A stretch of 64,000 bases of DNA. Origin: Octopus vulgaris. Lineage: Eukaryota. The number at the start of each line of letters is the position of its first letter. Position 1 is the stretch's first letter. Both the position numbers and the translations under genes were made by a program. Of this stretch, positions 42,311 to 55,328 are shown piece by piece. The stretch spans positions 20,894,001-20,958,000 of the forward strand of contig OX597825.1 in NCBI GenBank assembly GCA_951406725.2, read 5' to 3'. The notes under the pieces are model-generated. The model saw nothing but the letters and a program-made list of their open reading frames with translations. It had not been told where the DNA came from and searched no databases.

Positions 42311-42552
42311 GGATCTTTTCGGTTTGAACGGCAGTTTTTTCTAGCGGTATCATATGAAATTGTCACCCATAATTATGACCCTAGTATCGATCTATTGCAT
42401 TTCAATCTGTTTTAGGGTTAGGGTTAGGGTTAGGGAAGGGTATCTTTTTTTTTTTTTTCACAAATGTAAATAAACCCAATCTGTTTCTTAAATGAGGGAC
42501 ATATTCATACGGCACAGAATGTTGTTTACCTCAATAGACGTCGAAAAGATCC
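42311..42552. mobile_element. MITE family F (GGATCTTTTCGGTTTGAACGGCAG TIR), internally deleted, with a TTAGGG tract
   Basis: Left TIR intact, right TIR shortened to CGAAAAGATCC; GGGTTAGGGTTAGGGTTAGGG at ~42414-42434. Confidence 0.8.
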
Positions 42553-42584
42553 CAAATTAATATTAGGGAAACTAAAGGTTTTGA

Positions 42585-42841
42585 GGTACTACTTAAGAAG
42601 AGTGGTCCCGGTGCGCGCACTCGCGTATCCGCGCTAGCTAGTCGATCCTACAACGACTACCTAGCAAAGTAAATAAGACACAAAATAAATATTTTTCTTA
42701 CACAAAGTAAATAATTTTTTTTTTACACAAAGTAAATAAAACACAAAAACACAAAGTAAGGATCGACTGGTCACGACTAGCTAGTGCGGATGCGCGAGTA
42801 CGCGAGTGCGCGCACCGGGACCACTCTTCTTAAATAGTACC
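42585..42841. mobile_element. MITE with long CpG-rich TIRs starting GGTAC, 8-bp TSD (Merlin-like)
   Basis: ~60-bp inverted arms; flanks GGTTTTGA and GGTTTCGA; internal ACACAAAGTAAATAA repeats. Confidence 0.8.
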
Positions 42842-43144
42842 GGTTTCGACGTGGGTAAACATGGTGGGCGAGAGGAAGAGAAACAGCTGTTAGATGGTAT
42901 GTTACCAGCACGAACCGATGGAGGATCAGATGTTATGGTTGTAGTGATGAAAAAAATTCAATCGGGACGGGAACAACGGATCTGAGGGTCAGAATTTTAT
43001 TAGTGATTTGGTCAACAACATCAGATATCCGGATAGTTTTAAGTTTATTTGCTGGTACAAAAGCAAAAGCAATGACCGATATTATTTTGTGACCGAACTA
43101 TTCAATCTGATATGTGTTTGTCAAGCGTAATTCCAGTTATCTTA

Positions 43145-43696
43145 TCTCTATATATATAAAGCTGAAGTTGTCTGTGTGTGTGGCAGGTTTGGTAGTCGAG
43201 GTCGACTTTGCCTTTCATCCTTTCGGGGTCGATAAATTAAGTACCAGTAACGCACTGGTGTCGATGTAGTCGACTTAATCCGTGTGTCTGTCCTTGTTTG
43301 TCCCCTCTGTGTTTAGCCCCTTGTGGGTAGCAAAGAAATAGGTTTGGTAGCCTTCAACTAACACTATCTCCTCCGAGACCCTGCGGCGCAAGTTGACCAA
43401 AATTGAGAGTATGATAGAAGAAGGCTTGCTCTTCATTCCGTAGAAGAAAAAATTCAAATCGGACCATGTTAACACCAAAAATTATTTACATCAAAAACGT
43501 GCTTTTTTTTTCTATGAAAATCCCTATTTTTTACGATTTTTTTTATTGCTGTGTCGCCATTTTTCGGTGTATTTCAACCAGAAAAATGTTCACTTAAAGA
43601 GAATAACAAACTACATAATGCAACATTTTTACTTTTCAAAAATTCCAGTTCTAAAGGGTCAAAACAAACCTGAGTAACGCCGGGCGATACTGCTAG
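43145..43696 (+). mobile_element. Non-autonomous Helitron, family 2, containing the same truncated SINE-B
   Basis: a|TCTCTATAT...CTAG|t; SINE fragment flanked by AGGTTTGGTAG repeats; near-identical to 39377-39928. Confidence 0.85.
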
Positions 43697-44287
43697 TTAC
43701 ATAATATAACACACACACAGACGAGGAACCAACAATGGAGCTTCTATACCAATGTATCCCAAATTGGGTTCTAAGAAATCCCCTGGATTTCCCAAACAAA
43801 TCTTGGGATTTGGTGTGACAAGGTGTCGACATTCTTCCGATTTTTAAGGTGTCTTTTAATTTGATTAAATTTAAAGTGTTGAGGTTTGTCCGTAAAATAT
43901 TAGTAAAGGTTCCGCGATTTTAAGGAAAATTATCTAAGGGTTCCGCAACAAAAAAAAATTGGAAAGTCATTTGACCAGCTAAAAAGAGCAGCTCTCCCTC
44001 ATATCGACACCCTACAGTTTCTTTTTTTCTTTGTTACAGAAAAGGGAAGGAGTCATGAGATACCATTAAAATGACAGGATCGATAATGATTTGAGGACTT
44101 TTGATCATATATACCTGCTCAATCGGAGATCACCTGTGGTTAAAAACACGCTTGCAATATAAACAAGATTAAAAAACAAACGGAATCCAAGGAGATTTGA
44201 GGTTATCTGTGTCGACAAAGATCGTATTTATTTTTAAAAGTATGTGATTACTTAAGTTGCTATGATGTGAAGAATAATTCGGAAATT

Positions 44288-44705
44288 AGATCTTTTCGGT
44301 TTGAACGGCACTTTTTTCTAGCGGTGTTATATGAAATTGTCACTCATAATTATGACCCTAATATCGATCTATTGCATTTCAATCTGTTTTAGGGTTAGAG
44401 TTAGGGGTTGGGGGAAGGGTATCTTTTTTTCTTCACAAATGTAAATAAACCTAATCTGTTTCTTAAACAAGGGACATATTCATACGGCCAAGAATGCTTT
44501 TCACCTTAATGAACGTCATTGATTGGTTGAAATTGCAGAAATTGAAGAAAAAAACAAAAAATACCTTACAAACTATAGAATTTTCTCAGTAAAGCCAAGA
44601 GAAAAAGATTTTTTATTTTGACACATTCTACCAGTATACGAAGTTTAAAATTTTTTAGTTACCTAGAAATTATGTTAAAAACTGCCGTTCAAACCGAAAA
44701 GATCC
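44288..44705. mobile_element. MITE family F, full length, 8-bp TSD (Merlin-like)
   Basis: ~27-bp TIRs; exact CGGAAATT at 44280-44287 and 44706-44713; degenerate TTAGGG tract inside. Confidence 0.85.
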
Positions 44706-44916
44706 CGGAAATTTCTCCTCACACCGTATACCATAACAATTGAAATAATTTTAGTTTTATACTAATATTGCCCTCTCCCCCTCAATATTTCACTGTTTTA
44801 CCCCCACCTCCACCCTTTTATTTCTTTTCTTTTCTCTCTCTTTTTTTTTCCGTTTCTTTTTATTTAAATATTATTAAATATTATTACTTGCAGACGAAGT
44901 TTTGCCGCCAGTAATT

Positions 44917-45346
44917 GGATCTTTTCGGTTTGAACGGCAGTTTTTTAAAATAATTTCCACGAAACTAAACACTTTTAAACTTCGTATACTGGTAGAACGT
45001 GTTTATAAAACATCTTTTTCTCTTGGCTTTATTGAGAAAATTCTATGGTTTGTAAGATATTTGTTGGGTTATTTTTCTTCAATTTCTGCAATTTCAACCA
45101 ATCAATGACGTCTATTGAGGTGAAAAACATTCTGTGCCGTATGAATATGTCCCTCGTTTAAGAAACAGATTGGGTTTATTTACATTTCTAAAGAAAAAAA
45201 GATACCCTTCCCCCCACCCCTAAACCTAACTAACCCTAACCCTAAAACAGATTGAAATGCATTAGATCGATACTAGGGTCATAATTATGGGTGACAATTC
45301 CATATGACACCGCTAGAAAAAACTGCCGTTCAAACCGAAAAGATCC
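44917..45346. mobile_element. MITE family F, full length, opposite orientation
   Basis: Near-perfect TIRs; flanks CAGTAATT and CGATAATT; CCCTAA tract near 45220-45245. Confidence 0.85.
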
Positions 45347-45925
45347 CGATAATTAAATAAAATATTGATCACTTAAAGCCGCTTTATATCATCTATTACA
45401 TTACCAAAATTGTATAACAATGTCTGGACTTTCCCTTTTAGAGTCGCAGAAATACTTCACTCCTGATCAATTGATGACCGTCTTTGAAATTAAGCCAAAT
45501 CTCCATTAAGGCGGCGAGCTGGCAGAATCGAAAGCATGCCGGAAAAAATGTTTAGCGGCCTTTCTTCCGGCTCTTTACATTCTAAGTTCGAATTCTGCCG
45601 AGGTCGACTTTGCCTTTCATCCCTTCGGGATCGATAAAAAAAAAGTACCTTTTGAGCACTGTGGTTGATGTAATCAACTTACCCACTCACTAAAAAAATT
45701 TCAGGCATTGTGCCAAGAATATAAAGATTTCTTGAACTGTGTGCCATTTTGTTGATTGTCGAATTCTCACTCAACACACTAAAACCCTTGTTTCGTAGTT
45801 GGCGCTATTTCTTCTTTCGACATTTTCTTCTTCTTCGACTACTACAACGGCTTCTGTTTATCTAAACTACCAAGCTTGCATAGCAACTCAGCCTAAGCCG
45901 ATCTGATCCACTTATAATCAGTACT

Positions 45926-45978
<53 letters not shown>

Positions 45979-46291
45979 AATATATGTGCTTTTCCAATCC
46001 TTGCTCCAGAATATCCACTTTGTTTAGGCTTATTTTTTTCATACCAACACTACATAAGTTGTTTTATGCCTAAGTGTGTGTGTGAGTAAGTATATTTGTT
46101 TGTATATCGGTATATTACTGAATATAGCATACAACTGGCCAATCTGTTACCGTCGGTTTCATGCCATTTGGCAATATTATGCAATGGTCGATGCGAAACC
46201 TACGGTAACATTCAGACCAACTACATGCCAGAACCTGCAATAATATAAAAACATAACTGCTTCTCTTCTTATATTGAATGTATGTATAAAA

Positions 46292-46381
46292 CCGAATTTA
46301 CTCGCGTATAAGACGCACCCCTGTCAATTTCAGTTAAAAATCAAATCTAAAAAAGTGCAATTAATACGCGAGTAAAAACGG
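46292..46381. mobile_element. pogo/Tc2-type MITE
   Basis: CCGAATTTACTCGCGTAT...ATACGCGAGTAAAAACGG|ta inverted ends. Confidence 0.7.
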
Positions 46382-46497
<116 letters not shown>

Positions 46498-46671
46498 ATC
46501 GGAGACTTATAGTGTGCTTTCCGAAGCTCCTTTCCAGGTATCGGCTAGCAAATGTTATCATACAATAGGACTTCTGATTCTGGGTGTACATGTAAAAATC
46601 CGCAAGTATCCGTAGAGAAAACCAAAAGAATTTTGATACGAGAACCATCTTCTCGTATTAAAATTTATATA

Positions 46672-47168
46672 GGTGTAGGCGTAGCTGTATGGTAAGAAGT
46701 TTGCTTCCCAACCACATGGTTCCGGGTTCGATCCCACTGTATGACACCTTGGGCAAGTGCCTTCTACTATAATCTCAGCCTCGGGTCAATTAAAGCCTTG
46801 TGAGTGTCGCATGTGTGTGTGTGAGCGTGCGTATCTTTGTGTCTGTCCAGCACCACCGCTTGACCCACTAGCGTAGCTAGTGGGTGGCGATCCGCCCCGG
46901 GCGGCACTTTTGAGTCTGCAGTAGGCAATATGTGTTTTCTGTGGGGTCCAGAGGCGGTAAACGGAAGGGCTGCCCCGGGCGTCACACACTCTAGCTACGC
47001 TAGTGACTTGACCACCGATGCTGGTGTGTTTACGTCTCCGTAACTTAGCGGTTCGGCCAGAGTGACCGATAGAATAAGTAACCAGGCTTTGAAAACTTAA
47101 GCTCTGGGGCCACTTCTTCAAGGCGATGCCCCAAGATGACCGCAGTCCAACGACTGAAACAAGTAAAG
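46672..47168 (+). mobile_element. SINE-A (older), internally deleted and interrupted by a hAT MITE
   Basis: Head with B box GGTTCGATCCC; tail resumes after 47005. Confidence 0.75.
46866..47005. mobile_element. hAT-type MITE nested in a SINE-A
   Basis: Perfect 15-bp TIR CACTAGCGTAGCTAG; 8-bp TSD GCTTGACC/ACTTGACC. Confidence 0.85.
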
Positions 47169-47702
47169 GAAATCATTAAAGATTATGTCTTATTTTTCGA
47201 TAGCAATGCTTTTTATGTTTTCCCAAATAAAATTGCATTTCATGTTTCACGCTCCGACGAAGCTTTATGGCGATGCCCTAGCATTCAGCTATTACAACTC
47301 ATAGCCGAAACTGTTGTGAGCTAATGAGATTCATAACAATTTTTCATTCATATGTCATTTTAATTTCTTATATATATGAACTAGTGACCCCAGCTGTGTT
47401 AGTATTTTCACGTTTTGGTAGTTGTACAACCCGGACGTCTTCAAGTGCCTATCGCATTTGGTAATGAGAGGCGGGGGTATGTTGAATTTTTGTTTTCCTA
47501 CTCGCGATGTTGCTTGCTCTTTCCGTTGGAACCAGAGAAAGTAGATCGAGCTTCAACACGCGATCACGAGCTAAAGTGTTAGGATGAACACTTGATGTTT
47601 ATATTGATGAGATTTAAATTTGGAACTGATGATTTTTACATGTGCATATACATGTAGATATAAGTACATATACACTTGTATATAATGAGAGAGAGAAAGA
47701 GA

Positions 47703-47751
<49 letters not shown>

Positions 47752-47983
47752 ATACATACATACATACATATCTGTATATGCATACATACACACGTATTTA
47801 TACACATATACATTTAGATATACATGTATATACACCAGGCAGACAGAGCGATGTACATACATACATATATGCATATAAATAAATATATTTATATTTTTAT
47901 ATGCATACATATATGTAGGTATACATCTCTATATGTATGTATACCGTAGGAGTGATGTGTACATATTTATACACCGACAGATA

Positions 47984-48189
<206 letters not shown>

Positions 48190-48842
48190 GAGAGAGGGGG
48201 GGGCATCACGCTCCTTGCATTTTCTGAAACTATCAGACTCGGTCAACGTACGATATTCATAATTCATCTCAGAAATTAGACAATATTTAAACAGTGACAC
48301 GATTTCAAGAACCAAACCTAAAATGCTCTAAACTAAAAATAACCAGATCCAGAAACAAACAAAGACATTATTAAATAAATAGATATGTATTAACGGTTAT
48401 ATCATTTGATCCGTTGTACACCTGTAACAATATAATCCATAACGTCACAAAATCACACAAGTGTTATGATGTACGTATGTATGTATTGATATATCCTGTC
48501 TGAAAGGCATTGTTTGAGGGGATACGAAGTTTTGTTTCTGGATTTCTTTCCCTTCTGCGAATACATAGATCCACGCGTTTTTCTGGGATCTCAGGAGATT
48601 CCTAGACCGACCCAGGGGGTACAATGTACTCTTAGAACCTCTCCTCACCATCACAGAGGTTTCTGTATGCGTAAACAGGAGAATGTTGTGTTGTGTGCGC
48701 GCAAAAACAAGTTTATGTATAAATACATACAACGAATCGTATATAAATGTATATATCTGATATAAATAATAATCAAATTATTGTATACATGACTCAGGTG
48801 CACTAATTATATAGTAAGAAATAAATACAAATATTTACTTAC

Positions 48843-48907
48843 CATGGTTTTCGAGAGAGCAACTGCTTCAAGAGATAGGGTAAATCACTCACTGCTTGTT
48901 CGTCCAC
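48843..48907 (-). CDS. Putative 5'UTR exon ending in the initiator ATG of an unidentified minus-strand gene
   Basis: Minus strand: catacag|GTGGACG...GAAAACCATG|gtaagtaa. Strong Kozak context (ACCATG), consensus donor, and an in-frame TGA upstream within the exon. Confidence 0.55.
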
Positions 48908-49080
48908 CTGTATGGTATATAGGTACGATATGCATGTATATAATTGTATTTATATATATATATATATATATGTGTGTATAGATGTGTGTGTGTGTAATTC
49001 TAACTATTTATGTATTTATATTGTTTGGCGGCGTGGTTATAGATGTATGTATGTTTACAGAAAAATATAAACAGACAGAC

Positions 49081-49149
<69 letters not shown>

Positions 49150-49155
49150 TACAGG

Positions 49156-49203
<48 letters not shown>

Positions 49204-49270
49204 CAGACAGATGTGTGTGTTGGTAGTAAGTCAAAATAAGTACACAAATATATATATGTATACGTATGTG

Positions 49271-49303
<33 letters not shown>

Positions 49304-49769
49304 ATGTAAATATATATATATATACACTACATATGTTAGGCGTTGAGATCAGATATATATACACATAGCTTTCAGTACTACTACACACACACACATACAC
49401 ACACAAACGTCTATAGGTGTGTTATATATCTATGAAAGTAGTACCGCTTAAATTTCTTTTGTAACTGAATTACATACAAACATACATACATACATCTATA
49501 TATACATACATATATATATATGTACATATGCAGTTGTAGTCTGATCCAGTTAACTATACAGGTGTTTCTTAATAGCCTACCTTTAAGTATATATATATGT
49601 ATATATTTATATAAAATGCGTGTGTTGTGTCGTTAAGTAAAAGCTCCCAGACACGCACGGACAGCTAATGCTACAAAATGCTAGCTACTAGTTGTACTAA
49701 TGCTCTTCATGGTAACGTTGCGTGAATTCAAAACACACACACATACACACACACACACGCACGCACGCG

Positions 49770-50201
49770 CCTTCCCCCTCTCTCACTCTCTCTCGTTCTT
49801 TCTCTCCTTCTTTTCATTCTGCTCCCCTTTGATTAATCATATCTCTCTTTCTTCTATTTCTTTTTCTCTCTCTCTCTTTCTGCCACTCCCAATCTCTTTC
49901 TCTCTTTTTGCCTTTCCTCTTTTTTCTCTCTCTTCCTTTCACTCTCTCTCTCTCCTTTCTCTCTTTTTGTGCTTTTCTCCCTCTCTCTCTCTCCTCTTTC
50001 TTTCTCCCATTCCCTCACCTTACTCTCTCTCACGTCTTTCTTTTTCTAACCCTCTCTCTTACTCTTGTCTTTCTATCCCCCTATCTCTCTCACTTTTCTT
50101 ATTCTCTTTCTCTTCCCCGTTACAGCTTTCTTCTTCTTTCTCTCCTATATTATATTTTCTCTCTCTCTCTCCCTCTTTCTCTCTCTCTCTCCCTCTTTCT
50201 C

Positions 50202-50271
<70 letters not shown>

Positions 50272-50960
50272 CACATACACACACAAACACTATTTTACAT
50301 TCTGGATCCGTTGGAGACACCACGTCGTTCGACCTACCGTCAAGATGCCATTAGACCTTTTCCTTCAGTGCTAACCTGAGGCTAAATAATAACGACTTGT
50401 TCCTCCTTTACTACCTTTGTCTTTCACCCTATAATTCTTATTTTCCCACACCTGTGATTTCTTTTCTATTTGTTTCTTTTTTTTTCTCGTTGTCTTCCTC
50501 GTTCAAACTTAAACTTTTGTTTGCTTTGTTACACACTCAGTTTATCTATCTATCGATCTATCAGTCTGCCTGTCTGACTATCTGTCAATGATCTATCTGT
50601 ATATCTGTCTATCTGCCTGTCTATCTATCTATCTTATCTGTCTGTCTATCAATTATCTATCCGTCTGTTTGCCTATTTGTCAATCATCTATCTGTCTATC
50701 TATTTATCTATCTGTCAGTCTCTCTGCCTATCTATCAATCATCTATCTGTCTATCTATCGATCTCTCTATCTGTCTCTCTGCCTATCTATCAATCATCTA
50801 TCTCTCTCTCTCTATCTATCTATCTCTCTCTCTATCTGTCTATCAGTCTCTCTGCCTATGTCAATCACCTATCAGTATATCTATCTATCTGTCTATCCAT
50901 TTGTTTGTCTATCTCACTGTCTAATTAAACACTTCTTTCCCTCTATCACTCTCTCTTAAT
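49770..50960. repeat. Polypyrimidine (CT)n tract followed by a degenerate (TCTA)n field
   Basis: Directly visible; ~500 bp almost purine-free on the + strand. Confidence 0.9.
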
Positions 50961-51773
50961 ATATACATATCGATCTTGCCCTCCAGCAATCTTTTTCTCG
51001 CTTTTCTCATTCCTTTTCATATAACCTCCCCTCCTTTTTTCTTTCTCCCACTCTCTCTTTCTCAATATTTCCGTTCATTTTCTGTCTCTCCTCTCCGAGC
51101 GTGTGTGATGATTAAGATTCTTAGAATATGAAAGAGAAAACAGTGACAAATCATGTAAAACAAGAAAGAATTAAATAATAATACTGAAAAATCTAGTCCT
51201 TAAAGTTCATTAAATTAAGGTAGCGACAAGGAATCTTAAGTGCTTTAAGCAAGACGAAGCAAAAACGCGTGTAAAGTTTAAAACTTAAAAGTTAAGTGGC
51301 AAGAGAAAAAATGCGATACTAGTTCAACTATAAGAAGAGAGAAGATACATTATTTATTATGAGACAGCAATACTACTTAAGACATCTTAGCAGCATTATA
51401 TCAGTACCCTGGGCCCTATTGTATTAATTGATTGCTAGCCACAGCATATATAGGGCAGAATTGGGGTCCTTAGACCCCGCCTACCCGTGAGGCCTCTGGA
51501 CATTAAGACGCCATTGAATACCACTGTGGTGTTTTATGCTTAAAACAAAAGCATTTTTAAGATATATAAGTTTGAAGTATTATTTATTGTCTCTGAGGGG
51601 AATTTGATAGTTTTCTTTTGTTTTATATTTTCTTATTCTAATTTTTTCTTTCTGTTTTATTTGATTGTTTTCTTTTTCCGAAATCACATCCGTGACATGA
51701 GGAGGGATCGTCCGATTTACTTCATACCATCTCCGTTAAATTTTCGTTTCTTCGTCTTTTCTTTTATTTCACA

Positions 51774-52141
51774 CTAGCAGTATCGCCCGGCGTTGCTCGG
51801 GTTTGTAAGGGAAATAACTATATAAGCATTTTTAGAGAGTTATAGCCAAAAAATAGCAAAATTATGGGGAAAAAATGATGGTAATTTTTTTTTTAAATCG
51901 TTGACTCATCGTAGACATTTTTAGAGAGTTACTTCCCTTATATAATAGCGAAAAAAATTATGGTAAATTTTTTTTTAAATCGTAGACTCATCGTAGACGC
52001 GCGCTAATACCCAGAAGGGCTCGATATGAATCACGACTATAAGATACCCGCTTTTGGTTACACTGCACCGCAAAATGTGGGAGTAGTTAGGAATCTAAAT
52101 CGTAGGAGACAGACACACAACTTCACTTTTATATATAAAGA
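51774..52141 (-). mobile_element. Non-autonomous Helitron, family 1
   Basis: Reverse complement of the 3479-3872 family with the same termini and hairpin; internal segment partly duplicated. Confidence 0.85.
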
Positions 52142-52217
52142 TTTCTCTCTATCTATCTATCCCTCTTTCTCTCTCTCCCTCTCAGACACACACATGCTCA
52201 CACAAACACTCACTTAC

Positions 52218-52330
52218 GTCTCTCAAACCACAATTATACAAATCCGCCTCTCACGACATTCAAATTAATACGACACTATTTTTAAATACTCCGTCCAACC
52301 TGTTACACTTCCAGTATATACCAAGCAACA
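52218..52330 (-). other. Putative non-coding first exon of the same unidentified gene (5' boundary uncertain)
   Basis: Donor GAGAC|gtaagtg at 52217, in unique CpG-retaining sequence. Confidence 0.4.
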
Positions 52331-52480
52331 TTTGCATACATAATTAATACTTGTAAACTAAGCTACAGGTGTGTTAATTCTTAAGACAGCAGTCCGGAGA
52401 ATTTTTGATGTTCTCGGTAAACTGCACTTTTGGCGCTATTTACGAAATTTGCATGTAGAAACGGCATAACGGTTTAGTAC
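52330..52480 (-). promoter_or_regulatory. Candidate promoter
   Basis: CpG-containing unique DNA upstream of the putative first exon, with E2F-like TTTTGGCGC (~52428-52436) and octamer ATTTGCAT (~52447-52454). Motif matches only. Confidence 0.25.
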
Positions 52481-52489
52481 TCATATATC

Positions 52490-52843
52490 CCTTTCTACTC
52501 TAGGAACAAGGCCCGAAATTTTAGGGGGGGGTGTCAGTCAGTTACATCGATCCTAGTACGCAACTGGTACTTAATTTATCGACCCCGAAAGGATGAACGG
52601 CAAAGTCGACCTCGGCGGAATTTGAACTCGGAACGTAGACAGACGAAATACCTAGCTAAACACAGAAGGGACAAACGGATTAAGTCGATTACATCGACCC
52701 CAGTGCGTAACAGGTACTTATTTAATCGACCCCGAAAGGATGAAAGGTAAAGTCGATTTGGCGGAATTTGAACTCAGAACGTAACGCCAGACGAAATACC
52801 GCTACGCATTTCGCCCGGCGTGCTAACGTTTCTGCCAACTCGC
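52490..52843 (-). mobile_element. SINE-B dimer, head interrupted by MITE G
   Basis: Two central domains; the head remainder follows 53372. Confidence 0.8.
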
Positions 52844-53372
52844 GGCAAGACTTCCGCCCCCGTCACCCCCCAAAAAAACCACCCTTAAAAAAAATTTTTT
52901 TTCCAACTCAAACCCCCTTTTTCAGCTACGGGGAAAATGAATCTACATTTCTAAATTACCACCTCCCCCCCCACTCCCATTTCCTTCATTTTAAACTTTT
53001 TTCACAATTTTTCCCCCAAAATATGCGGGGAAAATACGGAGATTTTGATTCTAAAAAAAATTTCCCAAAATCCTTGTAAAATTTTTTTTTAAGAATTTTT
53101 TTTTTTTTTTTCTAAATATGGACATCATGATTCAGACAAAAATTTCAAAACATTTCTGTACTTACGGTTACAGTTTTAGGGTTAGGGTTAGTGCTGGGGG
53201 GAAAAGACAAAATTGAAGAAGTTGGGGGGGGAGAAATTTCACAATGCCGATTTTTGGCAATTTTCCGAAACCTCCGTATCCAAAAATGGGTATATTTGGC
53301 AAAAAAAAAAAAAATATTACAAAAATAAACACATTTGAGAGAAAATGGGTGGGGACGGGTGGAAGTCTTTCC
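52844..53372. mobile_element. MITE family G inserted in the head of a SINE-B, 8-bp TSD
   Basis: TIRs GGCAAGACTTCC / GGAAGTCTTTCC; flanks CAACTCGC and CAGCTTGC both derive from the SINE sequence CAGCTCGC. Confidence 0.8.
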
Positions 53373-54097
53373 CAGCTTGCCACCTTTCAGTACTCATATC
53401 ACCAAAGACTTTCGTCTTGATTCATAAAATAAAAAGAAGTAAAGTTTTGATGTTTCGAATTAGGCATTTTCTTGGATGTTTTTGGTGTACAAAATACTAT
53501 ATAGCTCTGACACTAATCGCTATGCAATAATTTGAATAAGCATGTCACGTCGACCATCATGTGTCAATAAAGTATTGTAAAACATCTTTCCTTGTGTCTT
53601 TATTCCTGTTAAGTCGTTGTGTCCGGAAAAAAGTCACGTTTTATTTAAAGTAGTAAAGCAAATATTTGAAATAAATTATCATAACAATACATGACTTATA
53701 CACAATTTATATTTGATGGCATTAGACGTGGAGGGAGGTGGGAAACCTTTTTATTCAATTTCTTAAACAAAATAGGACAGGTGACAAAAAATTAAGCCAT
53801 AGTTGAAAACTTTTCATATCGTGGCATTACATGTACGTAACGGAAAGCTACAGAATATCTAGGCTAAGATTCGAAACCCAATCTACATTTTTTCACATTG
53901 CCAAACAAGTTTTCGATCCATTGTCATAGCTTTTTGGCACTAAGTGATTAATGGGGTGAAGTGGTTGGCATTAGGAAGTGGGTCCAGCTATAGAAACCAT
54001 GCCAGGAGTAGTCCTGTGGCTAGTTGGTTCCAATTGAACCAACACATACCAGTACGGAAAACAAACATTCAATGATGATTATATATATATATTTATA

Positions 54098-54499
54098 GGC
54101 GCAGGAGTGGCTGTGTGGTAAGTAGCTTGCTAACCAACCACATGGTTCCGGGTTCAGTCCCACTGCATGGCACCTTAGGCAAGTGTCTTCTGCTATAGCC
54201 CCGGGCCGACCAATGCCTTGTGAGTGGATTTGGTAGACGGAAACTGAAAGAAGCCTGTCGTATATATGTATATATATATATATATGTATGTGTGTGTTTG
54301 TCCCCCTAGCATTGCTTGACAACCGATGCTGGTGTGTTTATGTCCCTGTCACTTAGCAGTTCGGCAAAAGAGACCGACAGAATAAGTACTGGGCTTACAA
54401 AGAATAAGTTCCGGGGTCGATTTGCTCGACTAAAGGCGGTGCTCCAGCATGGCCGCAGTCAAATGACTGAAACAAGTAAAAGAGTAAAAGAGAAAGAGT
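54098..54499 (+). mobile_element. SINE-A, full-length reference copy (further partial copies near 1062, 2640, 16990, 37590, 57948, 61716)
   Basis: Pol III A box TGGCTGTGTGG, B-box-like GGTTCAGTCCC, CORE-like block, internal microsatellite, AAAAGAGT tail; more than ten dispersed copies in the window. Confidence 0.85.
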
Positions 54500-55080
54500 A
54501 TACATATGAGAGGAATGACCACCTATGTGGACAACTCTTATACTAGAAGTAGATCCACTATGGTCTTACCGCTAAGGAATGTTCTCAAGAAAAATTTAGC
54601 CAACACCAGAACGTAAGTGAGCAAGACAAATGAAAAGTAACAAAAATATAGATTATTCACATAGGGCCCTAGATGGTCAAAATATTCTGTTTTATGTTCA
54701 AACTGGCTAGATCTGGTCTCTCACACAAACCCTAAGATAACGTTCTAAAAATTAATTGTTAACATTGTTAATAGTTACCTTATCAAAATCTCAAAGCTAC
54801 AAGGTAATGCATGATTAATTGAAAACAATGTAAATGCTAAAGTATTAAACAGTTGATGAAAGATATTTCTAGTGCAAAAAAAAAAAAAAAATGGTAAACA
54901 GTTTAGACCAGTGAATATCAACTGAGATCCATATGGCCCATGGAGGTTTCTATAAGATTTTGTTGTTGAAATTTATTTGCAAAGCAAAAGGTTGGTTGCA
55001 AAAAGTTATTGTTGTTGTGTAGTCCCAGGTCAGACCTATGATTCCAGATTAAGTACCAGACATGATTTTTTTTTTTTTTT

Positions 55081-55328
55081 CTGCTGGCATGGTATATCAA
55101 GGAATACATTATTCAATGTGTCCTCCCCTTTTGATTTTTTTTTTGCTGGCATGGTATATCAAGGAATACATTATCCAATGTGTCCTCCCCCTTTTGATTT
55201 TTTTTTGCTGGTATGGTATATCAAGGAATACATTATCCAATGTGTCCTCCCCTTTTGATTTTTTTTTTGCTGGCATGGTATATCAAGGAATGCATTATCC
55301 AATGTGTCCTCCCCTTTTGATTTTTTTT
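55081..55328. repeat. ~62-bp tandem repeat, 4 units
   Basis: TGCTGGCATGGTATATCAAGGAATACATTATCCAATGTGTCCTCCCCTTTTGATTTTTTTT repeated contiguously. Confidence 0.95.

Noticed and set aside
55081-55328. Possible CRISPR-like repeat
   Set aside because: Units are contiguous with no spacers.
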